From: an uncultured Holophaga sp.
GTDB lineage: Bacteria > Acidobacteriota > Holophagae > Holophagales > Holophagaceae
Direction of reading: 5' to 3'
Assembly (NCBI GenBank): GCA_963664825.1
Contig: OY761614.1
Span: 288,001 to 352,000 of the forward strand
DNA: 64,000 nucleotides
The notes below the pieces were generated by a model. The model did not search any database, was not told the origin of the DNA, and saw nothing but the letters and a program-made list of their open reading frames with translations. Made by a program: the position numbers and the translations under genes. This document shows positions 30,079 to 39,935 of the stretch, in pieces (the first letter of the stretch is position 1; each line of letters opens with the position of its first letter).

Positions 30079-31839
30079 CTATTCGATTTCCAGTTCCAGA
30101 CTCACGAGCCCATGGACTTCCCGCTCCAGCGGCAGGAGGGCCCGTCCCACGATGCGCCGCAGGAGGCGGTTGGTGGTGCTGTCCCCATCGCTGCCCAGCA
30201 GACTCGAGACCGTGGGCGGAATGCCCTCGATGCGGCTGCCCCGCAGCCCCGCCCCCGCCTGGGTCTGCACCAGCAGGCTGTAGGCGTGGTTGTTCCGCAG
30301 GGCTCCGTTCAGGATCCGCACCACGTCGCCCAGGCTGCTGATCTCGATGGCCCTCTCGTCGGGATCCGCCGCCACCAGGCTCCAGCCGTCTCCCACCAGG
30401 AGCGTGGCCTTGCCGGGTTTGGCCGAAGCGGGAACATTGATATTGAACGTGGCCGTTTCCCGGATGCCCTGGAAGTTCTGAAGCGTCACCAGCACGGGCA
30501 GGACCTCCCCCCGCTTCACCCGGGCCTTGAGGGTCCGCACGCCGGCGATGAGTGTCACGTCGAGGCGTTCCTCGGCCTTCACGTTCAGGGAGATGCCTTC
30601 GATATTGGCCCTTTCGAAGGGATTGAGGGTCACGGCCTGGGTGATGCCGCCCACGTACGTGGCCAGGCGCCCGGCGTTCAGGTCCGAGATCATGCTCTCG
30701 AGCTGGATGGGACTCTGACCGGCCAGCTTGATATTGCCCTGTAGCGATAGGCTCTGGAAGCCCTGGCCCCGGACATGGGTATTGAGGGTCTGGAGCAGCA
30801 CCATGGCGGCCAGATTGGGCGTGATGAAGGGGCTGTCCATGAGGTCGAAGCGGAAATTGAGATTGCGCTTGCCCCCCAGATTGAGGCCAATGCGCAGGGG
30901 CACCATCTTGGCTTCGGCCCCGATCACCCCCGCGACCCCGGCGCTCCGATCCAGGCGGAGGGCGCCGATGGGCGCCACGGAGCCTGAGAACTTGTAGGAG
31001 GAGCCATCCAGGGCCCCCACGTTGCCGAACACGGTGGCCGACCAGAGCGGCAGATCCACGGGCCCCAGATTGAAGAGCGGGTGGCCGAAGAGCAGCAGCT
31101 TCTTGCCCGAAACATAGGTGATGGTGCCGCTGGCGGCGAAATCCAGATCGCCCTGGACCAGGTGCACCGCCACCATGCCGCCGGGTTCCAGGGGGCTGGC
31201 TTCCGATCCCTTCGCATTCCCGGTATGGCCGCCGCTGCCCATGAAGCGCAGCGAAACGCCCTGCCACAGGGCCTGGGCCTCCGGGCCCAGATCGGTGCCG
31301 AAGACGGGCAGCGGAAGCGTCGCCGCATCCTGGGAGCCCGGCCCCATGAGCTCCCCCAAGGGGATCATCTCGCCCCGCAGGGCCGATTTCAGCACCTTCC
31401 GCGGCTCGATCTTGGGCAGGATCAAGGGCGTCTTGAAGGAGGGCGTCTCCGGGATCTCCTTGAGCTGCTCGAGCATCTCGGCGATGGGCGTGATGCCGGC
31501 CACGGGTTCCCTGGGAAAGGGCGGCCCCTGGGACAGGGCGCCGATGAGCTTGCCGTCGATGTAGCAGGGGGATCCGCTCATGCCATGGAGGAGGCCCGTT
31601 TCCGCCAGGGGGCCCCCGCTGGCCTTCACCCAGATGACGGCCCGCCCAGGCGCGGAGTTGCGCTGGACGCCCATCACCTCGAACTCGAAGCGTTCGATCT
31701 TGCCGCCCTTGAAGACCGTCCGCCCATGGCCCTTCATCCCGGGATGGATCTCGGAAACGGACATGGTGGGGGGAGCGGACTGGGCGCAAAGGGTGACGCC
31801 GAGCGCCAGGAGAGGAAGGAATCGTGTCAAGGGATGCAT
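30079..31839 (-). CDS. SpoIVB-like peptidase S55 domain protein
   Basis: Signal peptide; PGMKGHGRTVFKG, GMSGSP, GKLIGA, FGHP. Confidence 0.85.
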   Translation of the reverse strand: MHPLTRFLPLLALGVTLCAQSAPPTMSVSEIHPGMKGHGRTVFKGGKIERFEFEVMGVQRNSAPGRAVIWVKASGGPLAETGLLHGMSGSPCYIDGKLIGALSQGPPFPREPVAGITPIAEMLEQLKEIPETPSFKTPLILPKIEPRKVLKSALRGEMIPLGELMGPGSQDAATLPLPVFGTDLGPEAQALWQGVSLRFMGSGGHTGNAKGSEASPLEPGGMVAVHLVQGDLDFAASGTITYVSGKKLLLFGHPLFNLGPVDLPLWSATVFGNVGALDGSSYKFSGSVAPIGALRLDRSAGVAGVIGAEAKMVPLRIGLNLGGKRNLNFRFDLMDSPFITPNLAAMVLLQTLNTHVRGQGFQSLSLQGNIKLAGQSPIQLESMISDLNAGRLATYVGGITQAVTLNPFERANIEGISLNVKAEERLDVTLIAGVRTLKARVKRGEVLPVLVTLQNFQGIRETATFNINVPASAKPGKATLLVGDGWSLVAADPDERAIEISSLGDVVRILNGALRNNHAYSLLVQTQAGAGLRGSRIEGIPPTVSSLLGSDGDSTTNRLLRRIVGRALLPLEREVHGLVSLELEIE

Positions 31840-31973
31840 GGGCAACTCGAAACCATTTGTTATCAAGCCTAGCAGGGCGAGGCCTCCCAAAACCCGGGAA
31901 AGCCCTTCGAAGGGTCCAATGCCCTCACCGGCCCTTTGGTTCCGGCCCCGGATGGCCCTGCTAGGCTGGAGGC

Positions 31974-32744
31974 ATGCGGATTCTGATTCTAGGCGACGTG
32001 GTGGGAGAACCGGGGCGGCGGCTCGTGGAGGCCTTCCTTCCGGAACTCCGCCGGGAACTCCGCCTCGATTTCATCATCGTCAACGGTGAGAACTCGGCCC
32101 ACGGCCACGGCATCACGGAGCGCATCGCGCGACAGTGGCTGGATGAATGCGGCGTCGATGTCATCACCACCGGCAATCACGCCTTCGACGTGAAGGACAT
32201 CACCACCTACTTCGCCAAGGAGCCGCGGCTCCTGCGCCCGGCGAACTATCCACCCGGAACCCCCGGCGCGGGCCACGTGAAGCTGCACACGGCCACAGGC
32301 CAAGAAGTGCTGGTGATCAATCTCATGGGCCGGGTCAACATGCCTCCCTGCGATGATCCCTTCCGCTGCGTGGACGCGCTCCTGGCCAAGGAAAGGGCCG
32401 ATCTCGTGCTGGTGGATATGCATGCCGAAGCCACCAGCGAGGCCCTGGCCATGGGCTACCACCTGGAGGGCCGCGCAGCCGCCGTGGTGGGCACCCACAC
32501 CCATGTGCCCACCCTGGACGCGCGAGTCCTGCCCGGGGGCACGGCCTACGTCACTGATATCGGCATGGTGGGCCCCTACGACGGCGTCATCGGGATGAAG
32601 AAGGAGGCCAGCCTCAGCCGCTTCATGAGGGCCAAACCGGACCGTTTCGAAGTCACCGAAGGCGATCTCCAGCTGCACGGCCTCTGCATCGTCACCGAAG
32701 GCAAGAAGGCCATCAGCGTCGAACGGGTCCTGAGGCGCCTCTGA
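31974..32744 (+). CDS. ymdB: YmdB-like metallophosphoesterase
   Basis: GDVVG, NGEN, TGNH, DMHAEATSE, GTHTHV. Confidence 0.92.
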   Translation: MRILILGDVVGEPGRRLVEAFLPELRRELRLDFIIVNGENSAHGHGITERIARQWLDECGVDVITTGNHAFDVKDITTYFAKEPRLLRPANYPPGTPGAGHVKLHTATGQEVLVINLMGRVNMPPCDDPFRCVDALLAKERADLVLVDMHAEATSEALAMGYHLEGRAAAVVGTHTHVPTLDARVLPGGTAYVTDIGMVGPYDGVIGMKKEASLSRFMRAKPDRFEVTEGDLQLHGLCIVTEGKKAISVERVLRRL

Positions 32745-33160
32745 TGAAATACGGGAAGCGGGGCCTCCAGCCCATCGGCTCGGTGGTGGCCGATCCGCGG
32801 GCCGTCGAGCGACGTGCGGAATCGCGCCTGGCCAGGGCCTGGCCCCTGGTAGTGGGCCCCACCCTGGTGAACTACACCTGCCCCTTGAGGGTCCGCAGGG
32901 GGAATTTGGTGATGGGATGCTGGAGACCCGAACTGGTGCCCAGCCTCCGCAAGGCCGCCGAGGCCGTCTGGCCCGAGATCCAGGCCCGCCTGGACCGGAT
33001 GCTCAACCTCAAGCTGCGCCAGTTGGAGGTGCTCCCCTGCGACCCGCCCCCCCCGGAAGAACCCGCCCCCGCGCCCGCCCCGCCCCAGGACGCCTTGGCC
33101 GCCGTCCTCCGCAAGCTGCGGGATCTCCGCAAACAGGGATGGACGGGCCGCAGCTCTTGA
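32744..33160 (+). CDS. DUF721/DciA-family protein
   Basis: LARAWPLVVG...TCPLRVRRGNLV pattern. Confidence 0.65.
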   Translation: MKYGKRGLQPIGSVVADPRAVERRAESRLARAWPLVVGPTLVNYTCPLRVRRGNLVMGCWRPELVPSLRKAAEAVWPEIQARLDRMLNLKLRQLEVLPCDPPPPEEPAPAPAPPQDALAAVLRKLRDLRKQGWTGRSS

Positions 33161-33184
33161 GGTAGCATCGATTCTTCTCTTCCA

Positions 33185-33304
<120 letters not shown>

Positions 33305-33636
33305 GAACGTGAGGATTCGAACCTCCGAGCGACCCCGCCCGAGGCGTGCCATGCGGCACGCCGAAGCGGGGAAAAAGACCGAATCCGCGCACCAACACAT
33401 CGGCGCCGCAAAGGGAGCCAGCTCCCGAAGCTGCGAGCCACCCCGCGGAGACAGCGCGGTGCGCTCCGCCACAACATCTCGCGCAATGCCCGGAGCGACA
33501 CACGCGTAGAAAGGGCGGCAGATCGGCAACGCGCCAGCCTTCCAGGGAAAAGCCTGTTGAACAGGGGTGCAGGGGGTGCATCCGTTCTGAGCCTGAGCGG
33601 CCAGGACTGCACAAGGTTTCCGGGTAGCGATCCGCA

Positions 33637-35265
33637 GTATCGATTCACCCCCCCCCCATGCAGGCTCAACTCGTGATTGAGGATAAAATCACCGCAAGTG
33701 AATAATTCGCTTGTACTTTGGTCTCAAACCAGTCAGATTCTGAAGGATGGAGCTTGATCCTGTTCTGACTGATCCGCGTTATCTGGCCCTGGCTGCCGAG
33801 AACGGGGAACTGCGTGCGGAAATGGTCTGCCTGCGGGAGGCGATGGAACGCCTGGAAAAATTGCTGGAGTCGCTCCAGGATCGCCTCGGGAAGGACAGTC
33901 GCAACAGCAGCAAGCCCCCCAGTTCGGACGGACCCGCGGCGCCACCCAAGCCACCGGCGCCGCCCACGGGGCGCAAGCGCGGCGGCCAACCGGGACGGAA
34001 GGGATCCGCTCGGGTGATGCTGCCGGAAGGCAGCGAGGACCGTACGGTTTCGGTGCCCCTCGCCTGTTGCCCCCACTGCCGAGGCGAGGTTCCTTCAGGG
34101 GCCATCACCGGGACGCGCCTGCACCGGGTGGTGGATCTGGCTCAGCGCCTCACAGAAGTCATCGCCTACGCGCTGGAGGAGGGGATCTGCCCGCACTGCC
34201 AGAGGAAGGTGCAGGCGCCGCTTCCCCCAGAGGCTGCGCCGGGCGGGATCGGCCCGCGCCTTCAGGCTGCGGCGGCCTATCTGCGCACAGAGGGCCGCAT
34301 GAGCCTGACGCCGCTCCAGCGTTTCCTCTCGGAGGTGACGGGCGTAGCGGTCTCACGCGGTTGGCTGCACGAGAGCGGTGTGGCGCTGGGGAGCCACCTA
34401 CTCCCCGCCTGGGAGGACCTCTCCCAGCAGATCCGTACGGCGGATGTGCTCAACCTCGACGAGACCGGCTTCGGCCGGAAGGACCGGGACTGGATCTGGG
34501 TGGCCCTTTCCGCCCGTACGGCCCTCTTCCACTTCAGTGACACCCGTGGGGCGAGGGCCCTAAAGGCGATACTTCCCGAGGACTTCCAAGGCGTGATTGG
34601 CACGGACCGCTACGGCGCCTACAACGCCTTAAAATCTGCCGTTCGCCAGTTCTGCTGGGCCCATTTGCGCCGCGAGTTCGTCGCCCTGAGCGAATCCCAG
34701 AAGCCCGAGGTGGCCGCACTGGGAAAGCGACTGCTCGCCGAGCAGGAGGAGATCTTTGCGCTGTGGCACACCTTCCGGGCGGGCGACATCAGCCGGAAAG
34801 AGCTCCGGGCCTGCACCGCCATCAATCTGGCGCGGCTCAAACGCGGTCTGATCCAGGCCAGCGCGATGGATCACAAGGCCGCCCGAAACCTCGGGAAGGA
34901 CCTCCTCCGGAAATGGGACAAGCTCTGGGTGTTCCTGAAGGTCGAGGGCGTGGAGCCGACGAACAATGCGGCCGAGCGGGCCCTGCGCCCCCTCGTGATC
35001 CTCAAGCGGATCTTCCAGCGACTGCCCAGCGCGGACGGAAAGCGATTCTTCGAACGCCTCCTGAGCCTGGGCACCACCGCCCGCATCCGCGGCGTCCCCT
35101 ACTTCGACTGGCTGCTCAGGGCCCTCCACTCCGCCCGATCCAACCAGCCCCTACCGGCACTGGAACCAGCCTGAGGCTGCCAGGGCAAGCGGGACATCAC
35201 CAGCCCATCATGGCTGCCTGCCACCGGCTTACGTGGTCACAGGGACAAGGGGGGTGAATCGATAC
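33637..35265 (+). mobile_element. IS66-family insertion sequence, copy 2
   Basis: Same IRs and 1629-bp length; target duplication GATCCGCA (33629-33636 / 35266-35273). Confidence 0.95.
33747..35174 (+). CDS. IS66-family DDE transposase
   Basis: Translation identical to 8952-10379. Confidence 0.95.
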   Translation: MELDPVLTDPRYLALAAENGELRAEMVCLREAMERLEKLLESLQDRLGKDSRNSSKPPSSDGPAAPPKPPAPPTGRKRGGQPGRKGSARVMLPEGSEDRTVSVPLACCPHCRGEVPSGAITGTRLHRVVDLAQRLTEVIAYALEEGICPHCQRKVQAPLPPEAAPGGIGPRLQAAAAYLRTEGRMSLTPLQRFLSEVTGVAVSRGWLHESGVALGSHLLPAWEDLSQQIRTADVLNLDETGFGRKDRDWIWVALSARTALFHFSDTRGARALKAILPEDFQGVIGTDRYGAYNALKSAVRQFCWAHLRREFVALSESQKPEVAALGKRLLAEQEEIFALWHTFRAGDISRKELRACTAINLARLKRGLIQASAMDHKAARNLGKDLLRKWDKLWVFLKVEGVEPTNNAAERALRPLVILKRIFQRLPSADGKRFFERLLSLGTTARIRGVPYFDWLLRALHSARSNQPLPALEPA

Positions 35266-35668
35266 GATCCGCAAGAGGGCCCTGGGCCCGCGCGGCCCCT
35301 CCTCGCTAGCGCCGGAGGCCTTGACGATTCATCTTTCAAACACCCGAATGGGTCTGTATGATCTTCCCATGCAACCCTTCAAGCGGGATTCCCTCCGGGG
35401 GCCAGTGTCCGTGGGACAGACTGGCCACGTGCGATTGGGCTCCACCCAGATCCCAAGGCTGGGGCGCATGGTCCTGTGCCGAGACGCGCATCCAAGGAGA
35501 GTCGCTTCCCCGAGATGCGATTGAAAGATCGTCTTCAGTCCGGCTATTTCGGGTCCGCCTATTCCGATCTTTCAATTCGCCAGTTCCACAGCTCGATCAG
35601 CACGCACAACATACAACTCGCCATTTAGGCATGTTTCTGGGCTCGTTGTCGGGTACGTCCAATACCTA

Positions 35669-35675
35669 GTTAGGC
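35669..35675 (+). other. GTTAGGC core site opening the cassette array (candidate attI remnant)
   Basis: GTTRRRY core 41 bp before the first cassette ORF at a shift to lower GC; no attC left arm seen upstream. Confidence 0.5.
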
Positions 35676-35716
35676 GTCTACAAAGCAAGCTAAAAGCACA
35701 AGCAAAAGGAGCACCA

Positions 35717-36064
35717 ATGGACGCCAAAAATCCACAAAAAGTGCAATCAGAATCAAGATTGTCCAAACTCGCCACTACGGCTACAATTGTAGCCTTTTTA
35801 CTTATTTTCTTGCCATTGCCAGGAGTTTGGCTAACATTCCAGAATATAGCACCCAACCACCAGCATATTTGGAATTTGGGGTACAGCACACCTACACTTA
35901 TAGGTGCAATCCTTGGAAACTTCACCGTGAATGCTCTGTTTACAGTTCCAGGGATAATTCGTGGTATCATCAACTACAGGCAAACACGTCAGTTTATTCA
36001 TCTGACCCTTTGCATTTTGAGCGTTCTCATGCTTTTGGGTTACACAATAGCTGGGATTCTATGA
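35717..36064 (+). CDS. Cassette 1: small membrane protein
   Basis: AAGGAG RBS, about 3 hydrophobic segments, AT-rich, followed by attC. Confidence 0.75.
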   Translation: MDAKNPQKVQSESRLSKLATTATIVAFLLIFLPLPGVWLTFQNIAPNHQHIWNLGYSTPTLIGAILGNFTVNALFTVPGIIRGIINYRQTRQFIHLTLCILSVLMLLGYTIAGIL

Positions 36065-36071
36065 TCCCACC

Positions 36072-36195
36072 ACTTAACCCTGGGCTCAACCCGGACGCTG
36101 CCTCTGGGAGGCACCGTTGTCGACCATCGTTCGAATTCCTCGTCACTCCTGCGCCGCGCCGCTTCGGCAGCGCCGGTTAGCTTTGATCGTTAGAG
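36072..36195 (+). other. attC site 1 (124 bp)
   Basis: ACTTAAC-5nt-GCTCAACC-CGGACGCTGCC...GGCAGCGCC-GGTTAGC-7nt-GTTAGAG with two extrahelical bases. Confidence 0.9.
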
Positions 36196-36202
36196 GCTCC
36201 TC

Positions 36203-36982
36203 ATGCCAAACCTCCGCCTGCTCTCACTGATCACGATTTTCGTGATCCTTGTAGTAGCAGCGGCCATTTATCATATCGCCCCAAATGATCTCTCTGGTTA
36301 TGGCAGTATCGCCTCAGCGGGTGGCAGCTTGCTTGCAGTGATTTGGTTTTCCGGAAGCCTCTGGTATCAATCAACACAGTTAAAAGAGCAGCGTGCTCAG
36401 TTTCAAGCTCAATTTAGGCATCTCCAGGAAGCTTCAAGGCGCGATTCTTTGGTGCTCGCCAAATCTATTTTAGAACGTGCCGAGGAAAAGGCCATCGCTC
36501 TCCATGGTAAAATCAATTCGATAGATGAATTATTTCCCTTATATATGCAATTCGATGAATTGAAGCCATTGATTGAATCGACAGACCCGGCTGTCGTACA
36601 GGATGCCTACTCCAGCTGGATCAAAAAGGAAGGCGCTGCCACCACCTTCATAAAAGGGATCAAATCTGCGGCTTCGGTCTACCTTCAAAGTATTGAAACG
36701 AAAGACATTGATTATACGAAAACACCAGAAGAGTTCGTTTTAATTTACGGCTGTTGGTTTTGGGGCCAGCCATTTTTCGAAGCCTATCAAGGCCCTGCCA
36801 ACCTTCTGTGCGATTGGATGGTCCGACTTGAGCCTGGTCGCAAAGCCGCTCATTTGGCAGGTATTGCATCAGCGGGCAGAATGTTTGGGATCAATTTCTT
36901 AAAAATTGATAAAGTTCGAGAAGATATCCAAGAGCACCGTGAAAAGGATTACCCTGTGCCAAAGATTGCGGAAGGTCTCTAA
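36203..36982 (+). CDS. Cassette 2: hypothetical protein with two N-terminal TM helices and coiled coil
   Basis: Bounded by GTTAGAG and its exact complement CTCTAAC, which contains the TAA stop. Confidence 0.85.
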   Translation: MPNLRLLSLITIFVILVVAAAIYHIAPNDLSGYGSIASAGGSLLAVIWFSGSLWYQSTQLKEQRAQFQAQFRHLQEASRRDSLVLAKSILERAEEKAIALHGKINSIDELFPLYMQFDELKPLIESTDPAVVQDAYSSWIKKEGAATTFIKGIKSAASVYLQSIETKDIDYTKTPEEFVLIYGCWFWGQPFFEAYQGPANLLCDWMVRLEPGRKAAHLAGIASAGRMFGINFLKIDKVREDIQEHREKDYPVPKIAEGL

Positions 36983-37100
36983 CCTCGCGCTCAACCCGGA
37001 CGCTGCCTCTGCGAGTCACCGTCCTCGGTCAGCGTTCGGATTTCTCGTCTCTCACGCGCCGAGCCGCTCTGACAACACCGGTTAACTCTGCTCGTTAGCC
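36977..37100 (+). other. attC site 2 (124 bp)
   Basis: CTCTAAC-5nt-GCTCAACC-CGGACGCTGCC...GGTTAAC-7nt-GTTAGCC; homologous to attC1. Confidence 0.9.
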
Positions 37101-37341
37101 CTCAATCCCCCTTCCCCCACGGAGCCCTCCATGACCCCTCACTTCGACAATCCGACCAAGCAGGAGATTTGGGCCACGGTACGAAAAATGAACGACGTCT
37201 GGACCAAGGGTGATCCCAGCGATCTGGTCAATTATTTCCACAAGGACATGATCGCAATCACACCGGCCGACCACCTCCGGCGGGAGGGTGCCGCGGAATG
37301 CGTGGCGGGCTGGAGCGGCTTTGCAAAAGCGGCCAAAATCC

Positions 37342-38970
37342 GTATCGATTCACCCCCCCCCCATGCAGGCTCAACTCGTGATTGAGGATAAAATCACCGC
37401 AAGTGAATAATTCGCTTGTACTTTGGTCTCAAACCAGTCAGATTCTGAAGGATGGAGCTTGATCCTGTTCTGACTGATCCGCGTTATCTGGCCCTGGCTG
37501 CCGAGAACGGGGAACTGCGTGCGGAAATGGTCTGCCTGCGGGAGGCGATGGAACGCCTGGAAAAATTGCTGGAGTCGCTCCAGGATCGCCTCGGGAAGGA
37601 CAGTCGCAACAGCAGCAAGCCCCCCAGTTCGGACGGACCCGCGGCGCCACCCAAGCCACCGGCGCCGCCCACGGGGCGCAAGCGCGGCGGCCAACCGGGA
37701 CGGAAGGGATCCGCTCGGGTGATGCTGCCGGAAGGCAGCGAGGACCGTACGGTTTCGGTGCCCCTCGCCTGTTGCCCCCACTGCCGAGGCGAGGTTCCTT
37801 CAGGGGCCATCACCGGGACGCGCCTGCACCGGGTGGTGGATCTGGCTCAGCGCCTCACAGAAGTCATCGCCTACGCGCTGGAGGAGGGGATCTGCCCGCA
37901 CTGCCAGAGGAAGGTGCAGGCGCCGCTTCCCCCAGAGGCTGCGCCGGGCGGGATCGGCCCGCGCCTTCAGGCTGCGGCGGCCTATCTGCGCACAGAGGGC
38001 CGCATGAGCCTGACGCCGCTCCAGCGTTTCCTCTCGGAGGTGACGGGCGTAGCGGTCTCACGCGGTTGGCTGCACGAGAGCGGTGTGGCGCTGGGGAGCC
38101 ACCTACTCCCCGCCTGGGAGGACCTCTCCCAGCAGATCCGTACGGCGGATGTGCTCAACCTCGACGAGACCGGCTTCGGCCGGAAGGACCGGGACTGGAT
38201 CTGGGTGGCCCTTTCCGCCCGTACGGCCCTCTTCCACTTCAGTGACACCCGTGGGGCGAGGGCCCTAAAGGCGATACTTCCCGAGGACTTCCAAGGCGTG
38301 ATTGGCACGGACCGCTACGGCGCCTACAACGCCTTAAAATCTGCCGTTCGCCAGTTCTGCTGGGCCCATTTGCGCCGCGAGTTCGTCGCCCTGAGCGAAT
38401 CCCAGAAGCCCGAGGTGGCCGCACTGGGAAAGCGACTGCTCGCCGAGCAGGAGGAGATCTTTGCGCTGTGGCACACCTTCCGGGCGGGCGACATCAGCCG
38501 GAAAGAGCTCCGGGCCTGCACCGCCATCAATCTGGCGCGGCTCAAACGCGGTCTGATCCAGGCCAGCGCGATGGATCACAAGGCCGCCCGAAACCTCGGG
38601 AAGGACCTCCTCCGGAAATGGGACAAGCTCTGGGTGTTCCTGAAGGTCGAGGGCGTGGAGCCGACGAACAATGCGGCCGAGCGGGCCCTGCGCCCCCTCG
38701 TGATCCTCAAGCGGATCTTCCAGCGACTGCCCAGCGCGGACGGAAAGCGATTCTTCGAACGCCTCCTGAGCCTGGGCACCACCGCCCGCATCCGCGGCGT
38801 CCCCTACTTCGACTGGCTGCTCAGGGCCCTCCACTCCGCCCGATCCAACCAGCCCCTACCGGCACTGGAACCAGCCTGAGGCTGCCAGGGCAAGCGGGAC
38901 ATCACCAGCCCATCATGGCTGCCTGCCACCGGCTTACGTGGTCACAGGGACAAGGGGGGTGAATCGATAC
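37342..38970 (+). mobile_element. IS66-family insertion sequence, copy 3
   Basis: Same IRs and length; target duplication CAAAATCC (37334-37341 / 38971-38978). Confidence 0.95.
37452..38879 (+). CDS. IS66-family DDE transposase
   Basis: Translation identical to 8952-10379. Confidence 0.95.
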   Translation: MELDPVLTDPRYLALAAENGELRAEMVCLREAMERLEKLLESLQDRLGKDSRNSSKPPSSDGPAAPPKPPAPPTGRKRGGQPGRKGSARVMLPEGSEDRTVSVPLACCPHCRGEVPSGAITGTRLHRVVDLAQRLTEVIAYALEEGICPHCQRKVQAPLPPEAAPGGIGPRLQAAAAYLRTEGRMSLTPLQRFLSEVTGVAVSRGWLHESGVALGSHLLPAWEDLSQQIRTADVLNLDETGFGRKDRDWIWVALSARTALFHFSDTRGARALKAILPEDFQGVIGTDRYGAYNALKSAVRQFCWAHLRREFVALSESQKPEVAALGKRLLAEQEEIFALWHTFRAGDISRKELRACTAINLARLKRGLIQASAMDHKAARNLGKDLLRKWDKLWVFLKVEGVEPTNNAAERALRPLVILKRIFQRLPSADGKRFFERLLSLGTTARIRGVPYFDWLLRALHSARSNQPLPALEPA

Positions 38971-39163
38971 CAAAATCCATCATTGGCAAGAGAACGACCC
39001 GATCATCAACGTCTTTGGCGACTCCGCCGTCGTCGCCTACTACTTTGATATGTCATTTGACATGGGTGGGCAGACCATCAATCTGGGCGGGCGAGACATG
39101 TTCTTCTTCATCAAGGAAAACGGTCGCTGGTGGGTTGTCGCGGATCAGTATTCCCCCTACCCC

Positions 39164-39242
39164 GCCTGACAAATAGTTCAGCCAAGACGCTACCCCTGGG
39201 AGGCAACCCCTCCCGATTTCTCATCCGGTGCCGCCGCTTGGC
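39164..39242 (+). other. Degenerate attC 3 (left arm retained, right arm lost)
   Basis: GCCTGAC-aaata-GTTCAGCC then GACGCTACCCCTGGGAGGCA (18/20 to attC1 GACGCTGCCTCTGGGAGGCA). Confidence 0.65.
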
Positions 39243-39299
39243 TTCCGTCGTCCCTCTTGTTTGTAGATCCGTGCCCAAGTTCAATTCCACGAGACGAAC

Positions 39300-39935
39300 A
39301 TGCAGCTTCCAGACCCTAACAAGACCTATCCCCGTTCCAACGACCCTCAAACGGTGTATTTAAAAAACCACGTCCACAGCGAATCCATCGAAATCGGAGA
39401 TTTCACGATATACAATGACTTCATCAACGATCCCCGGGACTTCCAGAAGAACAATGTGTTTTACCACTACCCGATCAACAAAGACGGCATCAAGATCGGA
39501 CGATTCTGCTCGATTGCGTGCGGCGCGAAATTCCTGATGAACAGCGCCAACCATACCCTTGGATCTTGCTCCACATATCCATTCCCAATCTTCTACGAGG
39601 AATGGGGAGGCGAAGTCGCTCCCAGGGAGGCTTGGGACAACCACGGGGACATCATCATTGGCAACGACGTGTGGATTGGCTATGAGGCCATCGTGTTGTC
39701 TGGCGTGAGAATCGGAGATGGCGCGATTATTGGCAGCAGAACACTAGTGACAAAAGACGTTCCACCCTATGCAATTGTGGGTGGAGTCCCGGCCAAGCTA
39801 ATACGATATCGATTCGATGCTGCAACGATTGACAAACTCCTTTCACTGCAGTGGTGGAATTGGCCAACCGAAAAGATATCCAAGCATCTCGACGTCATCA
39901 GATCCGGCGACACCCATCGACTCTGCGCCCTCTGA
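39300..39935 (+). CDS. CatB/Vat-family xenobiotic O-acetyltransferase
   Basis: IGRFCSIA, ANH..STYPF, IGNDVWIG, TKDVPPYAIVGGVPAK, WWNWP. Confidence 0.92.
   Translation: MQLPDPNKTYPRSNDPQTVYLKNHVHSESIEIGDFTIYNDFINDPRDFQKNNVFYHYPINKDGIKIGRFCSIACGAKFLMNSANHTLGSCSTYPFPIFYEEWGGEVAPREAWDNHGDIIIGNDVWIGYEAIVLSGVRIGDGAIIGSRTLVTKDVPPYAIVGGVPAKLIRYRFDAATIDKLLSLQWWNWPTEKISKHLDVIRSGDTHRLCAL

Larger units (their letters stand above)
37131..39169 (+). pseudogene. Cassette 3: NTF2/DUF4440-like gene interrupted by IS66 copy 3
   Basis: Removing the IS and one duplication restores ...AAKIHHWQENDPIINVFGDSAVVAYYF...KENGRWWVVADQYSPYPA*. Confidence 0.9.

Noticed and set aside
28213..30744. 843-aa plus-strand ORF (and similar long antisense ORFs at 4872, 46858, 48200, 58227)
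   Set aside because: Shadow frames opposite well-supported genes in GC-rich DNA, with no domain motifs.
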